A stretch of 64,000 bases of DNA from a virus, in IMG/VR virus record IMGVR_UViG_3300025423_000009, positions 32,001 to 96,000 of that record. One strand, written 5' to 3'. Shown one piece after another: positions 44,981 to 54,167 of this stretch. The stretch's first letter is position 1, and each line of letters begins with the position of its first letter. Below the pieces are notes generated by a model. It saw nothing but the letters and a program-made list of their open reading frames with translations, did no database searches and had not been told where the DNA came from. A program made the translations under genes and the position numbers.

Positions 44981-47251
44981 TTAGGCAATTTGAGCCGCGA
45001 ACTTGTTGAGGAGAATGCGAGAATTGCGCTTGTCGGAATTGAATTTCGTGAAGGCTCGTGACATTTTGGACGTCGTCATCTTGGCATCAGAATCGGATTC
45101 CGGATCGAATGATTCATCGTCCGTGATGACGAGGTCGCTCGGAGTGCCGAGGACGTAGTAGGCATCGAAGCCAAAGCCACCACGAATCTCGACGAAATGT
45201 TGCTTGCGATAGGCTTTCTTGAGATTCTCCAGAAGTTCCTGTGTCTCGGAGCTCGAGTTGCGTTTGAGACCACGCAAAGCACCATTCACTTTCGTCATGG
45301 CCAGTTTCTCACTTCCAGGAACGAAGAAGCAAGTGACCGTGCAGTTGCAGGTCTCACGAAGAGATTCGATGAGCTTATCGTAGTTGCCGGAAAAGCCATA
45401 AGTCAGATCGATTCGACGGCCATTGATGATTCCGGTATATTTGCTATTGATGGACGGCTTCTGACCAAGCTTTTCGGCAACATCGGAGTTGTAAACGTAA
45501 TTGAGGCCACTGCCGTCACCGTCCGTAAGAAAGAGCACACTGACCTTCTGAACCGGATTGACCTGACGAAACTGACGAACCAGAACGTGAGCCGCAACGA
45601 TCGCCTCGAGGAGAGGAGTGCCACTAAGCTCTTCAAGCTTACTCGTAACCGGACAATTGTAGTTGCTCAATGGATTGTATACAATCGCGTCGACGCGGTA
45701 GCCTTTACGCCAGGCCACATGTGTCAGAGTCTCGGAGACGGCCAATTCGAACTCGGCCTTGCTCATCTTGCTCGAGAAGATCTCGATCATTTGAAGGTCT
45801 TCGATTCGAATCTCATCGTGAGCCTGAGCGGCGAGAATGGCCGGCTTGGAGACACTTGGATTCGTGAAGCCAAGGACTCGAAAGGGAATGTTTAGAGAGC
45901 GGCAGAACATCACCAGATTGACCGTGTGTTCGAGGACCGTGCCGAGCACAGTATTCATTGAAGATGAGTAGTCGACAAAGAACACCATGCCATGATTCTT
46001 GGCATCGGCCAAGCGTGTCGCGGACTTGAATATATCGTCCGCATACTTGTAGCTGTGCAAACGATTGACATTGATGATGCCGGTCGAGGACACCGTAGCA
46101 CGAGAATATTGATAAGCCGCCTTGCGCATGTTGAACTCGGTGGCCAGAGTGGCCACGTACTTCTTGGCCTTGGCACGGAGTTTAGTCACCTCGGTCTGCA
46201 CACCAGCATCGGCCATGTAGCACGCATAGCCCGGGCACTTGGCACGTTCGGCCATCACTTCGGAGAATGGAATGATCAGGCTCTCGATCGTCTTTGTCGA
46301 AGGCATCGAGAAGTGACGATTGCCGTCGTTAACCGCCATGTCTTTGACGGCCTGCTGAAGCGCTTGCTCGGTCTGAGAAGTGAGCTCGGAGATGAGATCA
46401 CTATAGTCCTGCTGATCGTCACTTTGACTGGACGTTGAATTGTTGCCGTCGACTTCTTCGGATTGATCGCTTTCGGTCTGAGCGGATGAGGTGGTGCGTT
46501 TTGCCTCGGCTTCGTCACCAGAATCGGCTTCGTCGGCCTTGTCGTCGGATGAATCGGCTTCGTCACCAGAATCGGCTTCGTCACCAGAATCGGCTTCGGA
46601 AGGCTGATCGGCCGTAGGATGCTGAGGAGCATCGGCATCCGGCTTACTGGAAGGTGTCGGCTGCTTGGATTGTTGAGATTGCTTGCCGACGAGTTCGGCC
46701 AGTTCCTTGCAGACGGACAGGACGTCGTCAAAAGTCTGAGCGGCCATTGCCTTGTCGTAAATCACCAACTCCGAAGCCGTCAGAGGAACCTGAACGGCGC
46801 CGCGAGTCTTGGCATGGATGTTGAGGCGATCGGCCACGTTGAGGGACGCCAGATCTTTGCCTTTGATGCCAAAGAAGTCATCGGCCACGAACTGAGCGTA
46901 TGCGGCACGAAAGGTGGAAGACAAGCCAGGATATGTGTCTTGAATCATTCGCTCGATGCGAATGTCCTCGACGATGTTGCAGATCGAGAACGGAACGCCG
47001 GGAAGGGCATCATGAAAGCGAGTGTGACCATTGGCCGGCGTATAGAGAGCATGGCCGACTTCGTGGCCACAAAGCAAATCATATACGTTCTTGCCTTTAT
47101 TCTGCCAGAGGGGAAGGCCAAGCACACGATGCTTGACATCGAAATATGCCGTCGTGTAGTTGCCGTGCTGAATCCGGACGTTTTCCTTGGCCAGCAGCTT
47201 GGCGAGCATGCCTTGCTGTTCCAGATTTACGGCTTGATGTTGTTCGATCAT
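44981..47251 (-). CDS. CobT-like protein: HExxH N-domain, acidic linker and VWA domain
   Basis: CGHEVGH, FVDYSSSM (MIDAS), TPL, LTDGDG; SGDEAD repeats in the linker. Confidence 0.85.
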   Translation of the reverse strand: MIEQHQAVNLEQQGMLAKLLAKENVRIQHGNYTTAYFDVKHRVLGLPLWQNKGKNVYDLLCGHEVGHALYTPANGHTRFHDALPGVPFSICNIVEDIRIERMIQDTYPGLSSTFRAAYAQFVADDFFGIKGKDLASLNVADRLNIHAKTRGAVQVPLTASELVIYDKAMAAQTFDDVLSVCKELAELVGKQSQQSKQPTPSSKPDADAPQHPTADQPSEADSGDEADSGDEADSSDDKADEADSGDEAEAKRTTSSAQTESDQSEEVDGNNSTSSQSDDQQDYSDLISELTSQTEQALQQAVKDMAVNDGNRHFSMPSTKTIESLIIPFSEVMAERAKCPGYACYMADAGVQTEVTKLRAKAKKYVATLATEFNMRKAAYQYSRATVSSTGIINVNRLHSYKYADDIFKSATRLADAKNHGMVFFVDYSSSMNTVLGTVLEHTVNLVMFCRSLNIPFRVLGFTNPSVSKPAILAAQAHDEIRIEDLQMIEIFSSKMSKAEFELAVSETLTHVAWRKGYRVDAIVYNPLSNYNCPVTSKLEELSGTPLLEAIVAAHVLVRQFRQVNPVQKVSVLFLTDGDGSGLNYVYNSDVAEKLGQKPSINSKYTGIINGRRIDLTYGFSGNYDKLIESLRETCNCTVTCFFVPGSEKLAMTKVNGALRGLKRNSSSETQELLENLKKAYRKQHFVEIRGGFGFDAYYVLGTPSDLVITDDESFDPESDSDAKMTTSKMSRAFTKFNSDKRNSRILLNKFAAQIA

Positions 47252-47257
47252 GTATAC

Positions 47258-47330
47258 ATTCTACAGCAGAATGCCGGAATGTAAACAAAAAAGTGCTAAA
47301 ATATCTCGTTGCAAATCAGCTACTTGCACA
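47258..47330 (-). promoter_or_regulatory. Leaderless sigma70-type promoter with the same 22-bp palindromic site
   Basis: -10 at 47258-47263, -35 at 47280-47285, site at 47309-47330 with identical spacing. Confidence 0.75.
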
Positions 47331-47337
47331 CGGACCG

Positions 47338-49050
47338 TCACTTGAGCTGAGAAAACAGCCCATTCTTCTCAAATTCGAGCTTTCCAACCATTCGATCGGC
47401 CATCGCATCCGGTTTATGAGTGATGACGAAAACGTTGGTGGCCGTCATCGTATTCAGGATCTTCAGAAGGCAATCCACACCATCGGAGTCCAGAGATGAA
47501 TCGAAAGTCTCATCAAGGATCAGCAGATTGGTCGAATTGTGATTCTTGAGCTTGGCGATCTGACGCCACGTGAAAAGAATCGCCAAATTGATTCGGGACT
47601 TTTCTCCTTCCGAGAATGAAGCATACGAAAAGTCGTCTCGATGCCGAGAGCGAATCGTTTCCTCAAACGATTCATTGAGAGTGAACGAAACAAAGAAGTC
47701 GAGGATCTGCAGGTACTGATTGATGCACTTGTTCATCAGAGGCACGTATTGCTTAATGACTTTGGTCTTGATTCCGGTGTCACGGAGCATCTCCTGCGCA
47801 ACGTCTTGATACGTCCTCTCTTCATTCAGATCTCCCTTTCGAACGATCAGAGCTTCCCGTTCCGAGCGAGAAGCCTCAAGCTCCTGAACGATCGGCGTCG
47901 TATCGGCCTTAATTGCCGATGATTTGATTTTGTTTCGAAGATCCTCGAGACGGCGTTCGAGTCCGCGAAGTGAAGCCAGTGTCGTCATCGAGGCGATGTG
48001 AACCTTTTTGAGACGCGACCATTCTTCCTGAGTGGTCATCAGAATCAGATGATGATTCTCACGATGCTCGTCAAGGTGCTTCAGGCCATCGATCAGTTCC
48101 TGCAGTTTCTTCTTTCCAGCCTGAAGCTTCTCTTGACGAAACTCCTCGGCGATGTACTGATCACAGGTCTGGCAGTGACGATTCTTCTCGTAGTAGTCGA
48201 CTTCCTTTTGCTGACGATCTTGATTGTTGGAGATCTGAGAGCGAAAGCCGTCAAAGCGGCTCATCTTGATTCGAGCATTCTCGACTTCTTCGTCGACTCG
48301 CTTCTGATTAGCCTCATATTCATCATCGAGTTTTTTTAGTTCGGCCTTCTTCTCATTGATCTGAGATTCCAGTGTCTGGCATTCGGATGCAAGCTCGAGC
48401 TTACTCTGAGCGTTCAGATCGTGGAGTTCATGAAGGTGCTTCTCCTGAAGCTTGATTCGCTCATTGATCATCGTGATCTTCTCGGTCACGTCACGAATCT
48501 CTTCCTTCAATTTGGCCATTCGTTCCTTCAGGCCGTCGTTCATCTGCGAGAAGATCGCAATGTCCAAAAGATCCTCGATCATATCTCGACGATCCCAGAT
48601 CGGCATCTGCATGAACGGAACAAAGTTGCCAGCACCAAGGACAACGATCTGATCAAATGAACGTTTGTTCATCTTCAGAATGTTGTTCTCGAGAAGTTTC
48701 TGATAGTCGCGAGAGTGTGACTCCTGATTCAACATCTGACCATTCTTCCAGATCTCGAAGATCGAGGGCTTGTATCCACGAATGACACGATAGGTATCGG
48801 ATCCGATCGAAAACTCAATCTGAACCTCGCAGTTCTTTCCATTCACGGAGTTGATCAGCTGTGGATTCTTGATGTCGCGATGTGGCTTGCCAAACAGAGC
48901 GAAAGACAAAGCATCGATCATCGTCGACTTTCCAGCACCGTTGGTTCCCACGACCAGAGTCGTTGAATGTCGATTCAGCTGAATTCGAACCGGATTGTCT
49001 CCAGACGAAAGGAAGTTCTTGTACTGTAGTGATTGAAACGTGATGGCCAT
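47338..49050 (-). CDS. 46: Recombination endonuclease subunit gp46 (SbcC/Rad50-like)
   Basis: GTNGAGKS, CQTC hook, FSEGE signature, LILDE. Confidence 0.95.
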   Translation of the reverse strand: MAITFQSLQYKNFLSSGDNPVRIQLNRHSTTLVVGTNGAGKSTMIDALSFALFGKPHRDIKNPQLINSVNGKNCEVQIEFSIGSDTYRVIRGYKPSIFEIWKNGQMLNQESHSRDYQKLLENNILKMNKRSFDQIVVLGAGNFVPFMQMPIWDRRDMIEDLLDIAIFSQMNDGLKERMAKLKEEIRDVTEKITMINERIKLQEKHLHELHDLNAQSKLELASECQTLESQINEKKAELKKLDDEYEANQKRVDEEVENARIKMSRFDGFRSQISNNQDRQQKEVDYYEKNRHCQTCDQYIAEEFRQEKLQAGKKKLQELIDGLKHLDEHRENHHLILMTTQEEWSRLKKVHIASMTTLASLRGLERRLEDLRNKIKSSAIKADTTPIVQELEASRSEREALIVRKGDLNEERTYQDVAQEMLRDTGIKTKVIKQYVPLMNKCINQYLQILDFFVSFTLNESFEETIRSRHRDDFSYASFSEGEKSRINLAILFTWRQIAKLKNHNSTNLLILDETFDSSLDSDGVDCLLKILNTMTATNVFVITHKPDAMADRMVGKLEFEKNGLFSQLK

Positions 49051-49053
49051 GAT

Positions 49054-50124
49054 CTATTGAGTTTCTCCGGACTGTGCCTCAACGTAGAGCTCGCGAATCA
49101 TGGACTTCATGCGTTCCTTGTCCAGATCGGTCTCCACGGAATCTATGTAGGTGTTCAGGAGCTTGGATGTATCCTCCAAGTCAATCGCATCATCTTCGAC
49201 CTGAGTTCCAGCAAACTCATCGAAGGATTCAACGATCTTGGGTTGCTCCAGTGGTCCCATGTCCTGAATTCGCTGAATGAACTTCTCGAACTGTTTGATG
49301 TTGGATCGCTTGACGACCACGACCTTGACGAACTTGTCACGAACCATTTCCGTGTCCAGTGTTTCATTTGGATCAGACTTCGAGTCATCATAGATCAATC
49401 GACTGTACAAAGTCAGAGGATTTCTGATCTGTGAAAGCTCGCGAGTGGCCGTGTCGAGGACATGAAAATACTTAGGATCATTGCAGTCGGCCCAGGTTTG
49501 TTCCACCTGTGTACCCAAGTAGTAGATGTTGCCACGAGTCGACTTGGTGTGATAGTGACCAGAGAGGACCATCTCAAATCGCTTAAAAAGATCCGGATTC
49601 ATGCCATGTGAGGCACCAGATTGACCTTTGGCCATCTCGAATCCAGCAAGCTCCAGATGTGACATTAGAATCGGAGCCGTGCACTTGGAAAGGAATTCGA
49701 GAAACTCATCACAATTGGATTCGGAGATCCATGGAAGGAAAGCAATGGGAAGGCCGTCAAATTCTTGAATTGTCGGCTTCTCGATGATCTTCACGTTCTC
49801 GATGTAATAGCCAAACATCTCACGAAGGGAGGATACGGCATTCGAGTTCTTGTAGTAAACATCATGATTGCCTGGAATGATCGTCATCGTCATTCCTCGC
49901 TCGGTCAATGGTTCAAGAAAACTCTTACGTGCATTATGCAAAGCCCGTATATTGATGCCACGGCGATTGTCGAAGTAGTCACCCAGATGAATCACGTGCT
50001 TGATTCCATGCCGATCACAGAATGGAAAGAATACTTTCGAAAAGAATTGATTCAGATGATCCATGTACGGCTCAGAGCCGTTACGCAGATCGACGTGAGT
50101 GTCATTGATGATGGCGATTCGCAT
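49054..50124 (-). CDS. 47: Recombination endonuclease subunit gp47 (SbcD/Mre11-like)
   Basis: INDTH, LGDYFD, PGNHD, SGHYH. Confidence 0.95.
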   Translation of the reverse strand: MRIAIINDTHVDLRNGSEPYMDHLNQFFSKVFFPFCDRHGIKHVIHLGDYFDNRRGINIRALHNARKSFLEPLTERGMTMTIIPGNHDVYYKNSNAVSSLREMFGYYIENVKIIEKPTIQEFDGLPIAFLPWISESNCDEFLEFLSKCTAPILMSHLELAGFEMAKGQSGASHGMNPDLFKRFEMVLSGHYHTKSTRGNIYYLGTQVEQTWADCNDPKYFHVLDTATRELSQIRNPLTLYSRLIYDDSKSDPNETLDTEMVRDKFVKVVVVKRSNIKQFEKFIQRIQDMGPLEQPKIVESFDEFAGTQVEDDAIDLEDTSKLLNTYIDSVETDLDKERMKSMIRELYVEAQSGETQ

Positions 50125-50134
50125 GATCTCAAAC

Positions 50135-50755
50135 TTAATGTTTTGCAAGAAACATTTCGAGGGAGGACTTATCTTTCACGGCTTTCTTCTTGGCATTCTT
50201 CACCTTCTTGCTAAAGTCCTTGATTACCTTGTCACGAACATGTATCTGTTCGGCTCTATTGCGAATCCTTTCCACGATGCCTTCGCCGACCGCAGGACTT
50301 CCAGAGTCTCCATCACCCCAGTCGGCAAAGTTCTCGATTCCTGCATGTTCCATGTAGAGAGCCTTGATGTCCTGAACTCGCTTCTCCTTCTGAATGCGAC
50401 GAATGAAAGCAAAGTAGCAGATCTGTGTGAAGTAGGCAAAAGCGTTGGGTAAGCCGGTACGAGTTCCGATGCTGACGTCGAAGTTGTTGATCGCACGAAT
50501 ACAGTTCTCGACCGCATCCATGACCATGTCTTCACGGTACGTGTATCGAATGAAATTGGGTTTATGTGAGAGCCCCTCGGAGATCTTCAGTAAGCACGAT
50601 CCGATGTATTCCGTGATCGTAGGTTCCGGCTTACCGGCCTTCTTGGCTTTTGTGACCGACACGACGTAATCGACCACGGCCTTGGAAAACTCCGCGTTGT
50701 TGACGTAATGTGGTTTCTCTGAAGGCTTAAGCTTTCGAGGTGCGATATCGTTCAT
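50135..50755 (-). CDS. 55: Late sigma factor gp55
   Basis: HYVNNAEF, PNFIRYTYREDMVMDAVENC, AFAYFTQI. Confidence 0.95.
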   Translation of the reverse strand: MNDIAPRKLKPSEKPHYVNNAEFSKAVVDYVVSVTKAKKAGKPEPTITEYIGSCLLKISEGLSHKPNFIRYTYREDMVMDAVENCIRAINNFDVSIGTRTGLPNAFAYFTQICYFAFIRRIQKEKRVQDIKALYMEHAGIENFADWGDGDSGSPAVGEGIVERIRNRAEQIHVRDKVIKDFSKKVKNAKKKAVKDKSSLEMFLAKH

Positions 50756-50935
50756 GTGAGATAATGTATCATACCACTTTCATAAGTACACAAAACTTTT
50801 ACAATCAGCCATTGTAACTTAGAGTGACTCCGTCGTAACTATGTTGTGTACACACCAGTGTGGTACATGTACAATTGATCCAGACCTCAGCAGCAGTCAG
50901 GGAATAATCAAGGCAAGCTGGAACAGACTAAGGCT

Positions 50936-51373
50936 TCAGTTGAGATCAAATCTCTTCTGCTTGTTTAACTGATGCTTGAGCGAGGGACTGAGCGAAGGCA
51001 TCTGTTGATTATTCGTGGAAGAGGAATCCTTGATGGCCTCCTGAAGCTCAGAGGGACTCAGATACTTCTGCAGATGAGTAAGAAGAAAGTACCGTGAGTA
51101 AGCGAACTTCTGATCAAATGTAGAATCAGACTCCGCAATGATGGAATCCAGATTGACCTTAATCTGAGTTTGACTTCCAGGAATCCAGGGAACATACACG
51201 GTCTTCAGGCTCGATTCTACGACCATCTGACAGATCTGCAATGGTCTATGGAGTATCACGTACGACTCAACCGAGTCTCGATGATTCTCCTCGGCCAGAA
51301 TGACGGATCCATCGATCATGCGATAGACCTGAACGTTCAGGGAATCGATGTACTGCTTAAGGTCCGCGGTCAT
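50936..51373 (-). CDS. Conserved Sm-like-fold phage protein
   Basis: YRMIDGSVILAE...RPLQI...PWIP; late promoter variant at 51379. Confidence 0.55.
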   Translation of the reverse strand: MTADLKQYIDSLNVQVYRMIDGSVILAEENHRDSVESYVILHRPLQICQMVVESSLKTVYVPWIPGSQTQIKVNLDSIIAESDSTFDQKFAYSRYFLLTHLQKYLSPSELQEAIKDSSSTNNQQMPSLSPSLKHQLNKQKRFDLN

Positions 51374-51381
51374 GAAAGTAT

Positions 51382-52302
51382 TTATGAGATCGGCACTTCA
51401 TGCACCTCAAAGTCAAATTTCTCTTTCGTATAGATCTTGGCGCGCTCGATGCCGTGAGTCAGCGTGTAGTTCTTCTGGCCCTTTCTCGAGAGATCGTCGG
51501 CGATGTCGTATACGGTCGTTGAACGTTCATCCTTGGTCTTTCTGAGACCACGGCCGATCGACTGAAGGACTCGCACCTGTGACTTGGTCGGAGAAGCAAA
51601 GACGATGTTGTGCAAATTCTTGATGTTGATTCCGGTCGAGAATGTACCAAACGAGGCGATGATGACGGAGCCTTCCTCCTTCTCCACCAGGCCGCGGATC
51701 CGTTCACGCTCGTCGGCATCTACCTCTCCGGAGACGAAGTAGACTTTTCGCTTGGTGTCCTTCAGCTTCTTCTTGACGGCCTCGAAGAGAGGCTCTCCAT
51801 GCTTCTCGACAAACTGATACAGAATCAGACTATTGCCCTTGAGATCCGCGACCAGGTTCGTGATGAAGCGATTGCGTGGCTCATATGACGTCAGAAAGTC
51901 GAGCTCGTCCTGATAATCGAGGGAATCGTGCTCCTTGCGAATTGCCTCGGGATACTTCAGCACGAGCATGTGAATCTTCAACTGAGCCAGAACATCCGCG
52001 TCGATGAGCTCATGTGTTGTCGTCACCTGATAGGTCGGACCGAAGCATCCTTCGAGCACCAGCTTATTGACCTTGGCATCCTCACCTCCCGGAAGCGTAC
52101 CGGTCGTTCCGATGCGGAACCAAGCGTTCTTGAGCCAGCTCATGATCTTGGTCAGTGAAACGGCCTTGAACAGATGTGCCTCATCGCCAAAGACACCACC
52201 GAACTGCTCGAACCACTTGGGCCCCATGGTAACGGCCGACTGCCAGGTCGTGATGATCACCGGTGGATCTACTTCTACTTTTTCAATCTTTCGAATTTTC
52301 AT
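51382..52302 (-). CDS. uvsW: UvsW helicase, C-terminal half
   Basis: ITTWQS, DEAH, GTTGT, GTFSTGINI, QSIGRGLR. Confidence 0.9.
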   Translation of the reverse strand: MKIRKIEKVEVDPPVIITTWQSAVTMGPKWFEQFGGVFGDEAHLFKAVSLTKIMSWLKNAWFRIGTTGTLPGGEDAKVNKLVLEGCFGPTYQVTTTHELIDADVLAQLKIHMLVLKYPEAIRKEHDSLDYQDELDFLTSYEPRNRFITNLVADLKGNSLILYQFVEKHGEPLFEAVKKKLKDTKRKVYFVSGEVDADERERIRGLVEKEEGSVIIASFGTFSTGINIKNLHNIVFASPTKSQVRVLQSIGRGLRKTKDERSTTVYDIADDLSRKGQKNYTLTHGIERAKIYTKEKFDFEVHEVPIS

Positions 52303-52365
52303 AGAATACTCTACCTAATTTCCAGATCGAAACATCAATTGTTTCAGGTTTCATAAGTTTTGAAA

Positions 52366-53124
52366 TTATATCAAATCATCTTTTAACGTAAGGTCTTTCG
52401 CTTTCTTCTCACCAAAACGTGTTGATACTATATCATTCGGTGATAGTATTCTAATTGAACCATCTTCCAAAAAAACCTTTACTTTTTCTTTTTTAGGATC
52501 TTTATCTTCTCCACCCATCAAAATGCTTATTGAAGAGTCAGCGTCGAAAGATGCATCTTCAGATGAATAATTTGAAAAATCATTTTGCATTTGAAGAACT
52601 AAACTTCGGGTAGGAACGATGACGATTGCCTTCTTCGAAGAACCTTTGAGATGATTCAGATACCATCGTAGAAGCTGATAGATGATCAGAGACTTACCAG
52701 AACCGGTCGGGGAAACCAGAAGGATCTTCTGAAGCTTGATCGCACGATCTATGGCATCTTTCTGGTAATCCCTTAGCTCGAGCGGCTTATCGTCCGCCCC
52801 GGTGGCCGCATAAAGGCCTTCAGACGCTTCGGATTCAGCTTCTGAGAGGTCGGGAAGCCACAGCCCTGGTGCCAGTTCAAGTTCGTGTTTCCGTGAGTCC
52901 GCGTACTTCTGAAGGTGATGGAGCAGACCGGCCGGAAGAGTCTGATTACGAAGATTGAACAAATGTATACGCCCATCCCATTGCCGACGCTTGAAGGCCG
53001 GAGAGAACTGATATCCGGCCGCAAAGAACGAGAAGAACTCAGATAGCTCCTGAAGGACTCCGGAATCCTCACAGGTCACGCGAAGGTGTGCCTGATCGAT
53101 CGAATTGACGTGTATGATGGCCAT
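52366..53124 (-). CDS. uvsW: UvsW helicase, N-terminal half ending in a Hint-like fragment
   Basis: YQFSPAFK...WDG.I.LF, LRDYQ, SPTGSGKS, IVPT. Confidence 0.9.
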   Translation of the reverse strand: MAIIHVNSIDQAHLRVTCEDSGVLQELSEFFSFFAAGYQFSPAFKRRQWDGRIHLFNLRNQTLPAGLLHHLQKYADSRKHELELAPGLWLPDLSEAESEASEGLYAATGADDKPLELRDYQKDAIDRAIKLQKILLVSPTGSGKSLIIYQLLRWYLNHLKGSSKKAIVIVPTRSLVLQMQNDFSNYSSEDASFDADSSISILMGGEDKDPKKEKVKVFLEDGSIRILSPNDIVSTRFGEKKAKDLTLKDDLI

Positions 53125-53134
53125 GTAGTATTTA

Positions 53135-53584
53135 TTAGCACCCGGCCGTAAACTTTCGAAAGTCCAGAACGTTCTTGATGTGCTGATGCCTCCAGCGAAG
53201 TGTATCGAGAATCTCCGTCAGAACGTCCACGCCGGTCTGAAAGTATGTTTTCTTGTCGAGCGCCACACGTAAATCCGAATCCGCGTCGACGTAGGTTTCC
53301 AGATCCGAGCGAAGAGGCTTCGAGGCACCTTTGAATGGATCGTACGGCCACTTGCGCTCGTCCATCTCCTCCTGTGTCATCTTGCCGGTGTAGTATAGCC
53401 ACTTGGCATGACGAAGCTCGGACAGCTTGGATTCTGTGGTACGAAGCTTGAGCTTAAACTCCGTGAGGTATGCCAGGTACTTGGCATGAATCTTGGCGAA
53501 CTTGAGGGTCGAGTCGTCCAATGCCAGAGAGTCAAGTTGACAATCGGATTCCCATTCCTTGATGATGTCTTCAACGGTAATCAT
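53135..53584 (-). CDS. uvsY: UvsY recombination mediator
   Basis: IHAKYL, KWLYYTGK, IKNVLDFRKF.AG. Confidence 0.9.
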   Translation of the reverse strand: MITVEDIIKEWESDCQLDSLALDDSTLKFAKIHAKYLAYLTEFKLKLRTTESKLSELRHAKWLYYTGKMTQEEMDERKWPYDPFKGASKPLRSDLETYVDADSDLRVALDKKTYFQTGVDVLTEILDTLRWRHQHIKNVLDFRKFTAGC

Positions 53585-53620
53585 AATGTAATCTGAAATT
53601 ATTTATACCTGTACAGGGTG

Positions 53621-54091
53621 CTACACGAGCACATTGAAGTAGTTGAATCGCAGAGTCAGATCACAGGGCAGATATTGAATCGTCTGTGCCTGTGTGTCAA
53701 ACTGAAGCTCACCGATCGTGGTCGGAAAGGCGTCATGAAACTGAAACTGGCGATTTATCGTATTCTTCGAAGAAAGAACCGACAGAATCACATCCGTACG
53801 AAGAGGCTGACCAGATGTGGTCGCATTTGTTTGAAGCCAATTGAGCGCTTCCACATAATTGCTCATGTTCTCATCGACCATGAACTTTACACGAAGAGTC
53901 TCATATGTGATTGTTTCTCCAGGAAAATAAGCCGATTGATTGTGATAGTTTTCCTTGACTTCTCCCATGCTCAATGAAGGAATATTCACGGATGTGCAAA
54001 AATACTCAATGTTTGTAAATTTGGGATTCTGAATTGTCAGCTTAAAGTTAACCTGCTGCAGGAAATTCAGATTGGTCGTCAGCGAATTCAT
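53621..54091 (-). CDS. 3: Tail completion protein gp3
   Basis: NFL...F.L...YFC..VNIP...PG..ITYE.L.V.FMVDE.M.NY. Confidence 0.85.
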   Translation of the reverse strand: MNSLTTNLNFLQQVNFKLTIQNPKFTNIEYFCTSVNIPSLSMGEVKENYHNQSAYFPGETITYETLRVKFMVDENMSNYVEALNWLQTNATTSGQPLRTDVILSVLSSKNTINRQFQFHDAFPTTIGELQFDTQAQTIQYLPCDLTLRFNYFNVLV

Positions 54092-54167
54092 TGATGTTTA
54101 TTTATGGACAAGAAAAAACCGCAGTCCCCTTTCGAGGACTGCGGTCATGATAGCGAAGCTAATCAGC

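Noticed and set aside
46505-46600. SGDEAD tandem repeats in the VWA gene
   Set aside because: Ordinary low-complexity acidic linker of CobT-like proteins
50845-50875. TGTACA-rich palindrome upstream of gene 55
   Set aside because: Single short hairpin with no further support; could be a terminator or chance
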